In this document: in pieces, positions 39,739 through 49,229 of the stretch
Layout: every line of letters starts with the position of its first letter
Numbering within the stretch: position 1 is the stretch's first letter
Assembly (NCBI GenBank): GCA_039589315.1
Contig: JBDHHQ010000005.1
Span: 69,547-133,546, forward strand
DNA: 64,000 bases
From: Gemmatimonadota bacterium
Lineage (GTDB): Bacteria; Gemmatimonadota; Gemmatimonadetes; Longimicrobiales; Gaopeijiaceae
Reading direction: 5' to 3'
The notes under the pieces: generated by a model
The model's database searches: none
What the model saw: the letters and a program-made list of their open reading frames with translations, nothing else
What the model was told of the DNA's origin: nothing
Position numbers and translations under genes: made by a program

Positions 39739-39775
39739 AAGGCGCTCCGCGGCTGACGCCGCGGAGCGCCTTTTT
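39739..39775 (+). terminator. Rho-independent terminator after csp
   Basis: Perfect stem AAGGCGCTCCGCGGC-TGAC-GCCGCGGAGCGCCTT followed by a T-run. Confidence 0.85.
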
Positions 39776-39924
39776 CGCTGTGCGCCAGGCATGGCGCGGC
39801 CCGCCGGGAGGCGGGCAATCAACCGTGAGGCGAAAGCCCGGCGGGAAGTGACTTGGGGGTGAGAGTCCCCTGGCCAACCACCAGGGGTGCCGGCACCGAC
39901 GGCGGATCCCTATCTTGCCGACCC

Positions 39925-42693
39925 ATGGTCGATATTCCAGCGAAGAAGGCACCGCGTCTGTACCTCATCGACGCGTATGCCCTGATCTACCGCTCGTACT
40001 TCGCGTTCATCAGTAACCCCCTGATCAGCTCGACGGGCGAGAACACGTCGGCGCCGTTCGGATTCGTGCGGTTCCTCATCTCTCTCAGGGAGGACTACGA
40101 TCCGGACTACCTGGCCGTGGTGTTCGACTCCGGTCGGAGCGAGCGGGAGGTGATCTTCCCGGAGTACAAAGCGACCCGGGCCAAGATGCCTGACGAGCTC
40201 CGCTCCAGCCTGCCCAGGATCCGCGAGCTCATCGCGGCATTCCACGATCCTGTGGTGGAGGTGGATGGCTACGAGGCCGATGACGTGATCGGCACCCTGG
40301 CGGCGCAGGCCGAGGCCCGTGGCCTCGAGTGCGTGATCGTCTCCGGGGACAAGGACTTCTACCAGCTGGTGCGGCCCGGCGTGAGCCTGCTGAACCCGGG
40401 CCGAGGCGGAGCTGCGGGCGTCGAGGCACACTGGGTGGACGAGTCCGGGGCGACGGCGAAGCTCGGCGTGCCGCCGGATCGCGTCGTCGACTACCTGGCC
40501 CTCATCGGTGACTCCTCGGACAACGTCCCGGGAGCGCCGGGCATCGGGCCCAAGACCGCTCTCAAGCTGCTGGAGCAGTTCGACACCGTGGAGGGTGTGT
40601 TGGACCACGCCGCCGAAGTCACGGGGAAGCGGGCCCGCGAGTCCCTGCTCGAACACGCCGCCGACATCCGGCTCTCCAAGCGGCTGGTCACGATCCAGCA
40701 GGACGTGCCGTGCGAGCTGGACCTGGAGCGCTTCCAGGTGCACGAGCCGGACCGGGACCGTCTCCGAGAGCTCTTCATCGAGTTGGAGTTCCGTAAGCTT
40801 ATCGAGGAGTACACCGGCACGGCAGGTGAGGCGGACGCCGAGGGCCTGTCCCTCGACTACCGCATCGTTGCCGATGTAGGGGAGATTCAGGGCCTGGTGA
40901 CGGAGCTCCGGGCTGCCGGGTCCATGGGCCTCGCCACCGTGGGGTCCCACACGGACCCGCACCGGGCGGAGCTTGTCGGCCTGGCCGTGGCCGTGACGCC
41001 TGGTACCGCCCGCTACCTGCCCCTGGGCCACCGGGAGGCGCCGGCCCTGGCCCTCGGCGACGTGACCGATCCCGCCCGGGCCAACCTTCCCGGGCTCGAC
41101 CAGGCGGAGATGGCGCCGCTGGCCGAGGTACTGGCCGACCCGGCGGTGGCCAAGGTGGGCCACGACCTGAAGCACCACGCCATCGTGCTGGAAGGGGCCG
41201 GCGCACCTGTGGAGGGCTTGAGCTTCGACGTCATGGTGGCCTCGTATGTGCTGAATCCGGGCCGCCGGGCCCACGACCTGCCGTCACTGGCCGGGGACCT
41301 CTTGTCGCTGGGCGTGCCGACCCGTGCAGAGGTGACCGGCACGGGTCGATCCGCGGTGCCCATGGTGGAGGTCAGCGCCGCCGCCGGGATGGAGCTGGCC
41401 GCCAGGGGCGCCGACGCCTCTCTGCGCCTGCAGCGTCGCTTCGAGCCCCAGCTCGAGGATCAGTCACTCGCGGAGCTGTTCCGGACCGTCGAGATGCCCC
41501 TCGTTCCCGTCCTGAGCCGCATGGAGCGACGGGGCATCGGCATCGACACGGCCTTCTTCGCACGCATGAGCGCGAAGCTCGAAACGGAGCTCGCTCTGAT
41601 CCAGGACGAGATTCACAAGATCGCGGGCCTGGAGTTCAACTTGAACTCGAACCCGCAGCTCAGAGAGGTGCTCTTCGACCAGCTCGAGCTACCGGTGCTC
41701 AAGCGCACGAAGACGGGGCCGTCCACCGATGCCAGCGTCCTGGAGGAGCTGGCCGCCATGGGCCACAACGTGCCGCGGCTCCTCATCGAGTACCGTCAGC
41801 TCGAGAAGTTGCGCAGCACCTATGTGGACGCCCTGCCCAAGCTGGTGAACCCGAGGACGGGCCGGATCCACACCAGCTTCAACCAGGCGGTGGCCGCCAC
41901 CGGCCGGCTGTCCTCGAGCGATCCGAATCTCCAGAACATCCCCATTCGAACCGAGCTGGGGCGGGAGGTCCGAAAGGGCTTCGTGCCGGCGGCGGGGCAC
42001 GTCTTCTACGCCGCGGATTACTCTCAGGTCGAGCTCCGCATCCTGGCCCACTTCTCGGGAGACGACGCCTTCGTCACGGCGTTCCGCCAGGGGATCGATG
42101 TCCACAAGCAGACCGCGTCCGTGATCTTCGACGTGGCCGTAGAGGACGTCACCGCCGGCATGAGAGCTCAGGCGAAGACCATCAACTTCGCAACGCTGTA
42201 CGGCCAGGGGGACTTCTCCCTGGCCCGCCAACTGGGAATATCCCGTCAGGAGGCAAAGGACTTCATCCGCAACTACTTCGAGCGGTTTGCCGGCGTGCGC
42301 GCGTTCCTCGACGCCCAGGTGGCCATGGCCCGGGAGCGCGGATACGTCGAGACTCTGGGCGGCCGGCGACGCTACGTGCCGGAGCTTCAGTCAAACAACT
42401 GGAACATCCGCCAGTTCGGCGAGCGCGTGGCGCAGAACACCCCCATCCAGGGAACCGCTGCGGATCTGATCAAGAAGGCCATGATCGACATCCAGGACGC
42501 CCTGGGTGTCGAGCGCTCGTCGGCGGCGCTTCTCCTGCAGGTGCACGACGAGCTCCTCTTCGAGGTTCCCGCAGACGAGGTCGACGCGCTCCGTCCACTG
42601 GTGACCGCGAAGATGGAGGGGGCCATGGTGCTGGACGTGCCCCTCGAGGTCGACGACGGCGTCGGCGAGAACTGGTACGAGTGTAAAGGCTGA
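39925..42693 (+). CDS. polA: DNA polymerase I
   Basis: 5'-3' exonuclease motifs (YEADDVIGT, GDSSDNVPG) and polymerase motifs ADYSQVELR, AKTINFATLYG and LQVHDEL. Confidence 0.97.
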   Translation: MVDIPAKKAPRLYLIDAYALIYRSYFAFISNPLISSTGENTSAPFGFVRFLISLREDYDPDYLAVVFDSGRSEREVIFPEYKATRAKMPDELRSSLPRIRELIAAFHDPVVEVDGYEADDVIGTLAAQAEARGLECVIVSGDKDFYQLVRPGVSLLNPGRGGAAGVEAHWVDESGATAKLGVPPDRVVDYLALIGDSSDNVPGAPGIGPKTALKLLEQFDTVEGVLDHAAEVTGKRARESLLEHAADIRLSKRLVTIQQDVPCELDLERFQVHEPDRDRLRELFIELEFRKLIEEYTGTAGEADAEGLSLDYRIVADVGEIQGLVTELRAAGSMGLATVGSHTDPHRAELVGLAVAVTPGTARYLPLGHREAPALALGDVTDPARANLPGLDQAEMAPLAEVLADPAVAKVGHDLKHHAIVLEGAGAPVEGLSFDVMVASYVLNPGRRAHDLPSLAGDLLSLGVPTRAEVTGTGRSAVPMVEVSAAAGMELAARGADASLRLQRRFEPQLEDQSLAELFRTVEMPLVPVLSRMERRGIGIDTAFFARMSAKLETELALIQDEIHKIAGLEFNLNSNPQLREVLFDQLELPVLKRTKTGPSTDASVLEELAAMGHNVPRLLIEYRQLEKLRSTYVDALPKLVNPRTGRIHTSFNQAVAATGRLSSSDPNLQNIPIRTELGREVRKGFVPAAGHVFYAADYSQVELRILAHFSGDDAFVTAFRQGIDVHKQTASVIFDVAVEDVTAGMRAQAKTINFATLYGQGDFSLARQLGISRQEAKDFIRNYFERFAGVRAFLDAQVAMARERGYVETLGGRRRYVPELQSNNWNIRQFGERVAQNTPIQGTAADLIKKAMIDIQDALGVERSSAALLLQVHDELLFEVPADEVDALRPLVTAKMEGAMVLDVPLEVDDGVGENWYECKG

Positions 42694-42899
42694 CGCCACC
42701 TTGATACCCCCTCCGGTCGACTCGCCGAGGAGGGGCGCTTCCAGCAGCGATCGCTGGCTCAGCCGCCATCGTCGGGTCCAGCTTCGATACTGGTCCCGGA
42801 TTGCCATTCGGACGCCCAGCCCAGCTCCCTACCGTTCATCGAAGCCTCGACCGCCCCGGCGCGGTCCGCGTCCGCAAGCGATCCACGGAGGAGCGCACA

Positions 42900-43247
42900 A
42901 TGAGCCGATCGGTGAACAAGATCATCCTGGTTGGAAACATCGGGAGGGAGCCGGAGGTCAGGGAGACCCAAAACGGGACCAAGGTCGCCCACGTCTCCCT
43001 GGCCACCAACCGCCGTATCCCGTCCAACGGCTCGGACGGAGAGGAGCGGACGGATTGGCACCGTCTGACGCTCTGGAACCGACTCGCCCAGTTCGCCGAA
43101 GATTACGTGAACACCGGGGACCGTGTGTACGTCGAAGGCCGTCTGGAGTACGACTCCTACGAGCGGGACGGCGTTAGCATCCCCACGGCCGACGTCAACG
43201 TCAAAGAGCTCGTCCTGCTGTCGCCACCGCCGTCCGGGGCCGAGTGA
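42900..43247 (+). CDS. ssb: Single-stranded DNA-binding protein (short form without acidic tail)
   Basis: Motifs SVNKIILVGNIGREPE, EERTDWH and GDRVYVEGRL; GGAGGAG RBS. Confidence 0.9.
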   Translation: MSRSVNKIILVGNIGREPEVRETQNGTKVAHVSLATNRRIPSNGSDGEERTDWHRLTLWNRLAQFAEDYVNTGDRVYVEGRLEYDSYERDGVSIPTADVNVKELVLLSPPPSGAE

Positions 43248-43265
43248 GGGCCGGGCTGGGGCCTC

Positions 43266-45293
43266 TCAGAGTACCGGCCAGAACTGTTTGCTCGCAAAGA
43301 AGTTGAGCTCCCACTCGCCCCCGCTCGAGAGGCCCCGGCCCAGCTCCAGCCGGACGACGTTCCAGAGGAGGTCGACACCCAGTCCCGCGGACGTCCGCGC
43401 CGAGCCCGTCGGAGCCTGGGCCCACGCTTCGGGCAAGGATGCCCGGGCCAGATCCGTTCCGCCGAGCGCGCCGAACGCCCGGACGCTGACCCACGGCCAG
43501 GCGACCGCGGCTCGACCGTCAGCGCGCAGGAGCCAGAACGCGTCGCCGACGAAGGACCGGAACGGGTATCCCGGCACGGTGCTCCGTCCACCCAAGAGGA
43601 AGAGGCCCTGCCCGGGAGTGCGGTCCGTCGTGGCGCCACCCTGGAGCTGGACCTCGATATCGCCGTGGCGATCGAGCCACTCGCGGCCCCAGGTAGCGCT
43701 GGCCGTGACGCGCGTGTAGGCGTCGCCGTCGAAGGCTGCCAGGGTCAAGGTGCCGTCCACCTCGAACCCCGAGCCCGGCGCCCAGTCAGCGCCCAGGTCG
43801 AGGGCGAGGACGTCGCCGTCGTCAGTAGGCAGCACTGGGCGGAAGGGAGCGGAGACGGAGTCGCCGATCACGTCTCGGGCCGTCCGCTGCCTCTCCCAGC
43901 GGGTCGTCACGCTGAGCCCCCAGGCATCACCGACCGGGAAGCCCTGCTCTGCCGACACTCCCGAGGTGAAATAGAGATCCTGATAGTCCTGGCTTTGGGC
44001 GATCACGGCCAGCGTGTTCACGGCACCGCTCGCGGTCACGATGGGGCCGATGTCGCGAGGCTCGTTCAGGAAGGCGATGAGCCGCGCGCCGGGCCAGCGG
44101 TCACCGCCGTCCAGTGCCAGTCGCAACTGTCCCTCGCCTCGCCCCAACGCGTATCCCCCAGAAACCCGCAGGCCGATCCCATTGTCGGGGCGGTGCGAAA
44201 AGCCCACGCCCAGGAACGTGCCTTCGGCACGGTTCCGCCGGAGCAGGGAAGACACGCCGGGTGTGTAGAGGCGGACGGGGAGAAGCCCGCTCAGGTACTG
44301 GGTACGCGCCAGATCCGTGGCGTGGGCCCGGATGGCGTCCAGATCGGGCGCCGGACCCAGGCCCTCTTCTTCGAGTTGAGCGTAGAGACCCTCCTCGAAC
44401 TCGAAGGTCTTGCGGGCCTCCTCGGGGAGCCCGGTCACACGCGGTCCATCGAACAGGCTCAGCGGCACGTCCTCGTTCAACTCGTACCCGCTGATCTCGA
44501 AGCGGCCACGGATCACGCTTCCCATGGGGAAGTCGAAGAACGGGGCCTCACGTCGGATCTCGACCTGCTGTCGGTGGGGAAGCCAGTAGCGACGGTCCCA
44601 CAAGGCGTTATCGAGGGAGATCCGGATGTAGTCGAGGTACGAATCGACGTAGGAGGCAGGTGTGAAGGTGAAGCTCATCCGCACGACCGCCGCAGTGCTC
44701 CGGTCGACGTACACGCTGCCCACGAAGCCGGGACGCTCCACGTCCCGGGGACGAACCTGGATCTCCTGAACGCGCACGGGTGCCTCGGGACCGGCGAACC
44801 GGATCGTCAGGGAGTCCCCCAGGCGGAAGTCGTACACACGCTCCGAGGCGGCGGCCAGCGGGTGCACGACCGCGGCTACCTCGTCGCCGTCGCCGAGTCG
44901 GATACGATCGCCGAAGTCGTCCTGGACGACCGTCAGGTGATCGAGATGGTACTGAATGTTGGTCGGGAGCTTCTTCTCATCGCGGAGGCCGACGATCACC
45001 TGTTTCGTGAGGTTCGGCGACCGCCAGTAGAGCTGGAGCGCGACCTGATCGGTCTTGACCAGGTTGCGCTCCTCGGACCCGTCGTGGTCGACGAAGAAGT
45101 AGACGTAGCCCCGCGCATCGGCCGTGTAGCTCGTGAGGCCCTCCTCGAGGACCGTGCCCTGACGCGTCCGGCGTGCCCGCTGCACGAGCTCGAGGGCCTC
45201 GGCCGAGTCCCACTCCTGGGCGGCCAGCGGTCTCGGGGGGCCAACGCCCGACAGAAGCATGACGGTCGAGATCAGGCCGCGGAGCCCAGGCAC
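43266..45293 (-). CDS. Hypothetical secreted/outer-membrane protein with probable C-terminal beta-barrel
   Basis: Long ORF with host codon bias, signal-like N-terminus ending LAA-QEW, and amphipathic beta strands toward the C-terminus; start uncertain. Confidence 0.6.
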   Translation of the reverse strand: MPGLRGLISTVMLLSGVGPPRPLAAQEWDSAEALELVQRARRTRQGTVLEEGLTSYTADARGYVYFFVDHDGSEERNLVKTDQVALQLYWRSPNLTKQVIVGLRDEKKLPTNIQYHLDHLTVVQDDFGDRIRLGDGDEVAAVVHPLAAASERVYDFRLGDSLTIRFAGPEAPVRVQEIQVRPRDVERPGFVGSVYVDRSTAAVVRMSFTFTPASYVDSYLDYIRISLDNALWDRRYWLPHRQQVEIRREAPFFDFPMGSVIRGRFEISGYELNEDVPLSLFDGPRVTGLPEEARKTFEFEEGLYAQLEEEGLGPAPDLDAIRAHATDLARTQYLSGLLPVRLYTPGVSSLLRRNRAEGTFLGVGFSHRPDNGIGLRVSGGYALGRGEGQLRLALDGGDRWPGARLIAFLNEPRDIGPIVTASGAVNTLAVIAQSQDYQDLYFTSGVSAEQGFPVGDAWGLSVTTRWERQRTARDVIGDSVSAPFRPVLPTDDGDVLALDLGADWAPGSGFEVDGTLTLAAFDGDAYTRVTASATWGREWLDRHGDIEVQLQGGATTDRTPGQGLFLLGGRSTVPGYPFRSFVGDAFWLLRADGRAAVAWPWVSVRAFGALGGTDLARASLPEAWAQAPTGSARTSAGLGVDLLWNVVRLELGRGLSSGGEWELNFFASKQFWPVL

Positions 45294-45363
45294 AGCAAAA
45301 AGGGTCCCGGCTCCACACCCGTTGGAGCCGGGACCCACGATGCGCGCAGAGGGACCGGTGCGG

Positions 45364-46224
45364 CTAATTCGCCAGCCAGAAACCCGACAGCGACTCCCCA
45401 TGCGGGCTCTCACGGAGCTTCTCGAAGGCACGGTTGCGGATTTGTCGGATCCGCTCGCGGGTAACACCCAGAAGGGAGCCGATCTCCTCCAGGGTCCGCT
45501 CTTCACCGTCGTCGAGACCGTAGTAGAGGTAGAGGATCTTGCGCTCCCGCTCCGTCAGGTATCGGTCGAACATGGACTCGAGGAAGTCCCGGCGCGCGAT
45601 GGCCTCGACGTCCTCTTCGATGTCCCCACTCTCGATGCCGGCGAAGCGCTCACCGAAGCTGGCGCTATCCCGATCGCTCCGGTCGATGGGGGCGTCCAGG
45701 CTGAGCTCGCTGGCCGCGACGCGGCGCAGGGCCCGGATCGTGTCCACGGGCTCCTCCATCTGCTCGGCGATCTCCTGATCGGTCGGCGTCCTGCCGAGCT
45801 GCTGGGTCAGCGCCGTATTGGTGCGGGCGAGCTTCGCCAAGTTGGAGTTTTGGTTGAGCGGAATGCGGACCGACCGGGTCTGCTCGGCGAGGGCCTGCAG
45901 GACGGTCTGGCGGATCCACCAGACGGCGTAGGAGATGAACTTCACACCCTTGTCGGGATCGAACTTCTTGACTGCCTTGAGCAGCCCCTCGTTCCCGATA
46001 CAAACCAGCTCCGCCAGACCGAGCCCTCTGCCCTGGTATTTCTTCACGTAGGAAATGACGAAGCGGAGGTTCGCCGTAACCAGGCGTTCGGCCGCTTCCT
46101 TGTCACCGGCTCTGGCCCGGCGAGCGAGGGCACGCTCCTCTTCGGGGTTCTGGATCAGCGGGTACTTTTCGACGTCCTGCAGGTACTGGTCGAATGAGTC
46201 GAGGCCACGTGAGGAAGAGAACAT
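45364..46224 (-). CDS. RNA polymerase sigma-70 factor, RpoD/RpoS-like without region 1.1
   Basis: Motifs ANLRFVISYVKKY, KFDPDKGVKFISYAVWWIRQ and TLEEIG...VTRERIRQI. Confidence 0.92.
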   Translation of the reverse strand: MFSSSRGLDSFDQYLQDVEKYPLIQNPEEERALARRARAGDKEAAERLVTANLRFVISYVKKYQGRGLGLAELVCIGNEGLLKAVKKFDPDKGVKFISYAVWWIRQTVLQALAEQTRSVRIPLNQNSNLAKLARTNTALTQQLGRTPTDQEIAEQMEEPVDTIRALRRVAASELSLDAPIDRSDRDSASFGERFAGIESGDIEEDVEAIARRDFLESMFDRYLTERERKILYLYYGLDDGEERTLEEIGSLLGVTRERIRQIRNRAFEKLRESPHGESLSGFWLAN

Positions 46225-46357
46225 CCGTTAGCTGTACCTCGGATTGGGGATCGAAGGGCGCAGCAGGCAAGACCATCGGTCGGCGTCGACTGGACCACGC
46301 CCCGGAAAGGGGCCGGATCTCAAGGCCGTGTAACGAGTTTTTCGAAATAACCCGTCC

Positions 46358-46387
46358 AAGTTAAAACGCTCGGATCTCGCGGTTCAA
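46358..46387 (-). promoter_or_regulatory. Putative promoter of the sigma factor gene
   Basis: Minus strand TTGAAC-N18-TAACTT in an AT-rich patch. Confidence 0.5.
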
Positions 46388-46490
46388 GAGTCTTCGCTAC
46401 CTCTTCGGGTCTGGTCGGCGGCCGGCGTCTCGTTGGAGGCAGAGGAGCAGTACTCTCTTCTGTCTCGGGGGTTCCGGTGCCGCTGCCCGT

Positions 46491-47441
46491 CTAGTGAAGC
46501 TCGAACGCCAGCTTGCGCGGATCCGGTCCGTCGCGGGGCACGACGATCCACAGCGGCCGGGCCTCAGGACCCGAGATCCGCACGCAGTAGCAGAGGGGGC
46601 CCTCATAGGACCGCGTTCCGCTCGCCGGCTCGAGCTCGACGGATTCCACGCTCCCCCGCGTCGGCCGCACGAAGGTGGGCGCCCGCCCTCGTACCACCAG
46701 CCACCCCCGCGAGACCGCGCCGGGCCGGGGGAGGCCGACGCAAGCGGCGGGCGTGCCACGGAGGCGGCCACCTGTCACGACTCCTGTGGGTGCGAGCCGG
46801 TGCTTCATCCAACTCGGGAATTGCCGGGGCGTGAGCCACCCCGGTGCGCGGACGAGAGACCGTATCCCGGCCAGCACCAGCCGGCTCGAGAGCATGAAGG
46901 CGGAGATCAACCCTCGACCGCGAACGACGACCAGCGCCGCCGCGACTGCTACGAGCGTCCAGAAGCCCGGAGGCCAGAGCCACCACGCGATCACCAGAGC
47001 CACGACGAAGAAGTCCTCCAGCAAGAGGCCTCGCCCGAGGCTTCGCGCCTTCGCGCCGATGCCGGCGAGAAAGGCCCACCCCGAGCGGACGACGTGTGCC
47101 GCCAGTGCAAGGACGGCGGCGAGCAGGGCCACCTGAACGACCATTGCGGACTCTTCACCGGCCATGAGGAGCACGCCCAGGGTGGCCGCGCCGACGGGAC
47201 GCACGATCAAGCACAGCTGACGCCAGATCAGGTTCGGGCCCGGTCGCCGCTCCAGCACCGCCTCGGCAAGGTACATCGCCAGCGTGGGCAACAGCAGCCA
47301 AAGCGAAGCCAGGTCGGCCAATCCGATATGGGGCGGCGGGACGCCGGCCAGCGCCAGAGCCGAGAGTAGCCCCACGGTCAGGAACAGGTCGACTCCTGCA
47401 GCGGTGCCGGCGAAGACCCCCGCGAGGAGAATCGGGCTCAT
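46491..47441 (-). CDS. DUF4126-like membrane protein with C-terminal soluble domain
   Basis: Hydrophobic N-terminal region with AGVDLFLTV, YLAEAVLER, IVRPVGAA and LLED; TGATG coupling to the ketosynthase stop. Confidence 0.6.
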   Translation of the reverse strand: MSPILLAGVFAGTAAGVDLFLTVGLLSALALAGVPPPHIGLADLASLWLLLPTLAMYLAEAVLERRPGPNLIWRQLCLIVRPVGAATLGVLLMAGEESAMVVQVALLAAVLALAAHVVRSGWAFLAGIGAKARSLGRGLLLEDFFVVALVIAWWLWPPGFWTLVAVAAALVVVRGRGLISAFMLSSRLVLAGIRSLVRAPGWLTPRQFPSWMKHRLAPTGVVTGGRLRGTPAACVGLPRPGAVSRGWLVVRGRAPTFVRPTRGSVESVELEPASGTRSYEGPLCYCVRISGPEARPLWIVVPRDGPDPRKLAFELH

Positions 47442-48757
47442 CACGGCTGATGCTCGGGTGCCGGAGGGTGACTCGTCAGCGTCAGCGAGGCGTTGATCCC
47501 CCCGAACCCGAAAGAGTTGGACACGGCGACGGTTACCGGTCCAGATCGCCCCCTCTCCGCCACGTAGTCGAGGTCGCAACCCTCGCCGGCCGTCTCGTGG
47601 TTCAACGTCGGCGGGATCCAGCCGTGGTGGATGACCAAGCTGCAGATCGCTGCCTCGATGGCGCCGGATGCCCCCAGCGCGTGACCGTAATAGGGCTTGG
47701 TCCCGGAGATGGGGACCTGGTACGCTCGCTCACCCAGCGCGCTGCGGATGGCCAGGCTCTCCGTGGAGTCGTTGAGGGGCGTGGAGGATCCGTGGGCGTT
47801 CACGTAGGCCACGTCCGCCGGTTCGACACCGGCAGTCTGGAGGGCTCGCGCCATCGCGCGGCTGGCTTGGGCGGCGTCAGGTCGGGGCGCGGTCATGTGG
47901 TGCGCGTCGTTCGTCGTGCCATAGCCCTTGATCTCGGCGTAGATGCGGGCACCCCTGGTCAGCGCACGCTCCCGTTCCTCCAGCACCAGCACGCACGCTC
48001 CCTCGCCCATCACGAAGCCGTCTCGATCCCGGTCGAACGGCCGGCACGCCCCGGCCGGATCCTGGTTTCTCGTGCTCATGGCCCGAATGATGGCGAAGGC
48101 TCCGAACGACAGCGGAGCGAGAGGGGCCTCCACCCCTCCGGCGACGGCGACGTCGGCGATGCCTTCGCGAACGAGCCGCCATGCCTCTCCCACGGCGATC
48201 GACCCCGAGGCGCAGCTCATGCCGTTGGTGGAGTTGGGGCCCGTGAAGCCGAACTCGATGGCGACGTTGCAGCTCGCAGCGCCCGTGAAGACGGTCAGCG
48301 CCAGACGGGGGTCGACCGCCCTGGGTCCCCGGTCCAGGAACCGACCCAGTTGGGCCTCCGCGTGCGCGACTCCGCCGAGGGCCGATCCCATCTGGACCGC
48401 AACCCGGTCGCCGTCGAACTCCGTGCCCTCGAGGCTCGCGTCCTGGAGCGCCTGCCGGGTCGCCGCTATGCTGAAGTGCCCGAAGCGGTCCAGACGGCGC
48501 GCCGCCGACCTTTCCATGAAGTCGAGGGGATCGAACTCGTTCACCTCGGCGGCGATCTGCGTGCGGAACGGGCTCGAGTCGAAGCGGGTCACACCCGTCA
48601 CGGGCGATTGTCGCCGCTTCAAGCCATCCCAAAGCCCGTCGACCCCGATCCCTGCTGCGGTGATAGGCCCCAGGCCCGTGACGACGACGCGCCGGGCAGA
48701 GCTGCCATTGTCGGATCGCTCGAGCTCGCGGGTCGGACCCTGCGGTCGGCCGTTCAT
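47441..48757 (-). CDS. Beta-ketoacyl synthase (FabF / type II KS-like)
   Basis: Motifs RRVVVTGLG, active-site SCASG, RPFDRDRDGFVMGEG, NAHGSST, GHALGASG and SNSFGFGGIN. Confidence 0.9.
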   Translation of the reverse strand: MNGRPQGPTRELERSDNGSSARRVVVTGLGPITAAGIGVDGLWDGLKRRQSPVTGVTRFDSSPFRTQIAAEVNEFDPLDFMERSAARRLDRFGHFSIAATRQALQDASLEGTEFDGDRVAVQMGSALGGVAHAEAQLGRFLDRGPRAVDPRLALTVFTGAASCNVAIEFGFTGPNSTNGMSCASGSIAVGEAWRLVREGIADVAVAGGVEAPLAPLSFGAFAIIRAMSTRNQDPAGACRPFDRDRDGFVMGEGACVLVLEERERALTRGARIYAEIKGYGTTNDAHHMTAPRPDAAQASRAMARALQTAGVEPADVAYVNAHGSSTPLNDSTESLAIRSALGERAYQVPISGTKPYYGHALGASGAIEAAICSLVIHHGWIPPTLNHETAGEGCDLDYVAERGRSGPVTVAVSNSFGFGGINASLTLTSHPPAPEHQP

Positions 48758-49224
48758 GCGGCGGCCCCAAGCTCCGCCGTGCGGACGACGCCTGCCAGCG
48801 TCCGCTCGGCGATGAAGCTGATGAAGTGGGGTCCGATCACGACATCGGCGGCGAGACCGCCGATGAGCGGCCACAGGGGGCCCGACCACTCGTGAACGAT
48901 GCGCAGACGCGAGCCGCCACCGTCCATGGGCATGATCTCCCAGCGCACGTCCATCCCCCGGGTGATGCCGTCCACGTGACGGTAGAGGACCAGGCCACGC
49001 TCCCGGTCGTGCTCCATCTCGGAGACCCACCAGGTGGGGTACGCCAGGGGCCCGAAGCGCCGCCACGCCGCCATCTCCACGAGGCCGGCGGCAAACCCGT
49101 CCTTGCGGTGAAAGCGTACCCATCGGTAGTGGGGCAGGATGTGGGGCCACCGCTCCACGTCGGCGGCTACCTGAAAGCACGCATCGGGGGGGGCGGTCGT
49201 GGTTCGTTCGTCAACGGTTCGCAT
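48754..49224 (-). CDS. SRPBCC/START-fold polyketide cyclase/aromatase-like protein
   Basis: 156 aa; motifs FQVAADVERWPHILPHY and GMDVRW; ATGA overlap with the KS gene. Confidence 0.8.
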   Translation of the reverse strand: MRTVDERTTTAPPDACFQVAADVERWPHILPHYRWVRFHRKDGFAAGLVEMAAWRRFGPLAYPTWWVSEMEHDRERGLVLYRHVDGITRGMDVRWEIMPMDGGGSRLRIVHEWSGPLWPLIGGLAADVVIGPHFISFIAERTLAGVVRTAELGAAA

Positions 49225-49229
49225 GGACC

